Of a stretch of 339 bases of DNA, positions 1 to 339 are shown piece after piece. The DNA is from Escherichia coli. GTDB lineage: Bacteria > Pseudomonadota > Gammaproteobacteria > Enterobacterales > Enterobacteriaceae. The DNA lies in the NCBI RefSeq assembly GCF_003334335.1, contig NZ_QOWQ01000214.1. One strand, given 5' to 3'. The position numbers and the translations under genes are program-made. Below the pieces are notes generated by a model. It saw only the letters and a list, made by a program, of their open reading frames with translations, was not told where the DNA came from and did not search any database. Numbering within the stretch: position 1 is the stretch's first letter; the number at the start of each line of letters is the position of its first letter.

Positions 1-339
1 GAATGCGGGTATCCTTCTTGTTCCATGTGGCCGTGGCGATTCGGGATTTACTGCGGGGGCCGAGGGGGCGTTTAACGAAGCGTCGGGAGCGACCGCAGGC
101 TCGTCCCTGTGGGGGGCGGATAAACCGCTGTATCATGACCTGGTCAGCAGAACCCGTGCGGCCCTGAAGAAAAATCCGAAGAACGTGCTGTTATCAGTGA
201 TCTGGATGCAGGGAGAAAAAGATGTCAGTTCGGGGAGACATGCAGAACACAATGCGCTTTTCCTTGCCATGGTAAATCAGTTCCGTACGGAACTGGCAGA
301 TGTGGCAGAGCAGTGTACTGGCGGGACAACGGCCAGCGT
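1..339 (+). CDS. Internal fragment (partial at both ends) of a putative SASA-domain / SGNH-superfamily carbohydrate esterase, sialate 9-O-acetylesterase-like (NanS or prophage NanS-p type). Codons are in phase with position 2 (first full codon 2-4, last full codon 335-337).
   Basis: Seen in sequence: + frame 2 is open for all 112 codons, whereas + frame 1 stops at 73-75 (taa), + frame 3 stops at 165-167 (tga), and each reverse frame has at least two stops (reverse complements of tta/tca at 48, 72, 133, 144, 191, 194, 225, 277). Translation: NAGILLVPCGRGDSGFTAGAEGAFNEASGATAGSSLWGADKPLYHDLVSRTRAALKKNPKNVLLSVIWMQGEKDVSSGRHAEHNALFLAMVNQFRTELADVAEQCTGGTTAS. Established knowledge (recalled, not searched): SASA/CE6-type SGNH esterases have a QGE block III preceded by Trp and hydrophobic residues, matching VLLSVIWMQGEKD at 185-223, and a hydrophobic Gly-containing block II, matching ILLVPCGRGDSGF at 11-49. 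Codon usage is enterobacterial-like. The family assignment is inference from motifs only. Confidence 0.7.

Noticed and set aside
3-167. ATG-initiated ORF in + frame 3 (atg at 3-5 to tga at 165-167, 54 codons), encoding an Arg/Pro-rich peptide
   Set aside because: It lies entirely within, and out of frame with, the window-spanning frame-2 ORF, which carries recognisable esterase motifs. The Arg/Pro-rich composition is what a G/C-rich coding region typically gives in an alternative frame. No upstream ribosome-binding site is visible because the ATG sits at the window edge.
211-275. Shine-Dalgarno-like GGGAG (211-215) followed 6 nt later by ATG (222-224), opening a 17-codon ORF in + frame 3 that ends at taa 273-275
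   Set aside because: The GGGAG is simply the Gly-Glu codons of the conserved QGE motif in the main frame. The resulting 17-codon ORF (MSVRGDMQNTMRFSLPW) is too short and has no supporting signal, so it is most likely coincidental.
283-290. Perfect 8-bp palindrome ccgtacgg
   Set aside because: An 8-bp palindrome is expected by chance at appreciable frequency. It has no flanking symmetry or spacing suggesting an operator, and it lies inside the coding sequence (codons for Phe-Arg-Thr-Glu).
1-339. Possible reverse-strand coding
   Set aside because: All three reverse frames contain stops within the window (reverse complements at + positions 48, 72, 144, 225; 133, 277; 191, 194), and none shows recognisable motifs, so the + frame-2 ORF is the far more parsimonious explanation.
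1-339. CRISPR repeats, tRNA/ncRNA, IS-element inverted repeats, promoter or rho-independent terminator
   Set aside because: No direct repeats with regular spacing, no cloverleaf-compatible segments, no terminal inverted repeats, and no GC-rich stem followed by a T-run were seen. The window appears entirely intragenic.

Overview
The 339-bp window is almost certainly an internal fragment of one protein-coding gene on the + strand (codon phase starting at position 2), open across the whole window with no start or stop inside it. All other five frames contain stop codons. The translation (NAGILLVPCGRGDSGF...VLLSVIWMQGEKD...HNALFLAMVNQFRTEL...) carries a W-x-Q-G-E-x-D motif and an upstream hydrophobic Gly-containing block that, from memory, resemble blocks III and II of the SASA / sialate O-acetylesterase branch of SGNH hydrolases (Pfam PF03629-like; NanS / prophage NanS-p-type). 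The catalytic Ser (GQSN block) and the DxxH block would lie outside the window, so the assignment is a motif-level inference, not a database hit. GC content by hand count is about 57%, with a markedly G-rich first third (about 65% over 1-120) and enterobacterial-looking codon usage (CTG, CCG, GAA, AAA). I see no RNA gene, CRISPR repeat, mobile-element terminus, promoter or terminator. I cannot support the existence of a novel biological system from this window: it is a single gene-internal fragment, and any claim about a system would require the flanking sequence.
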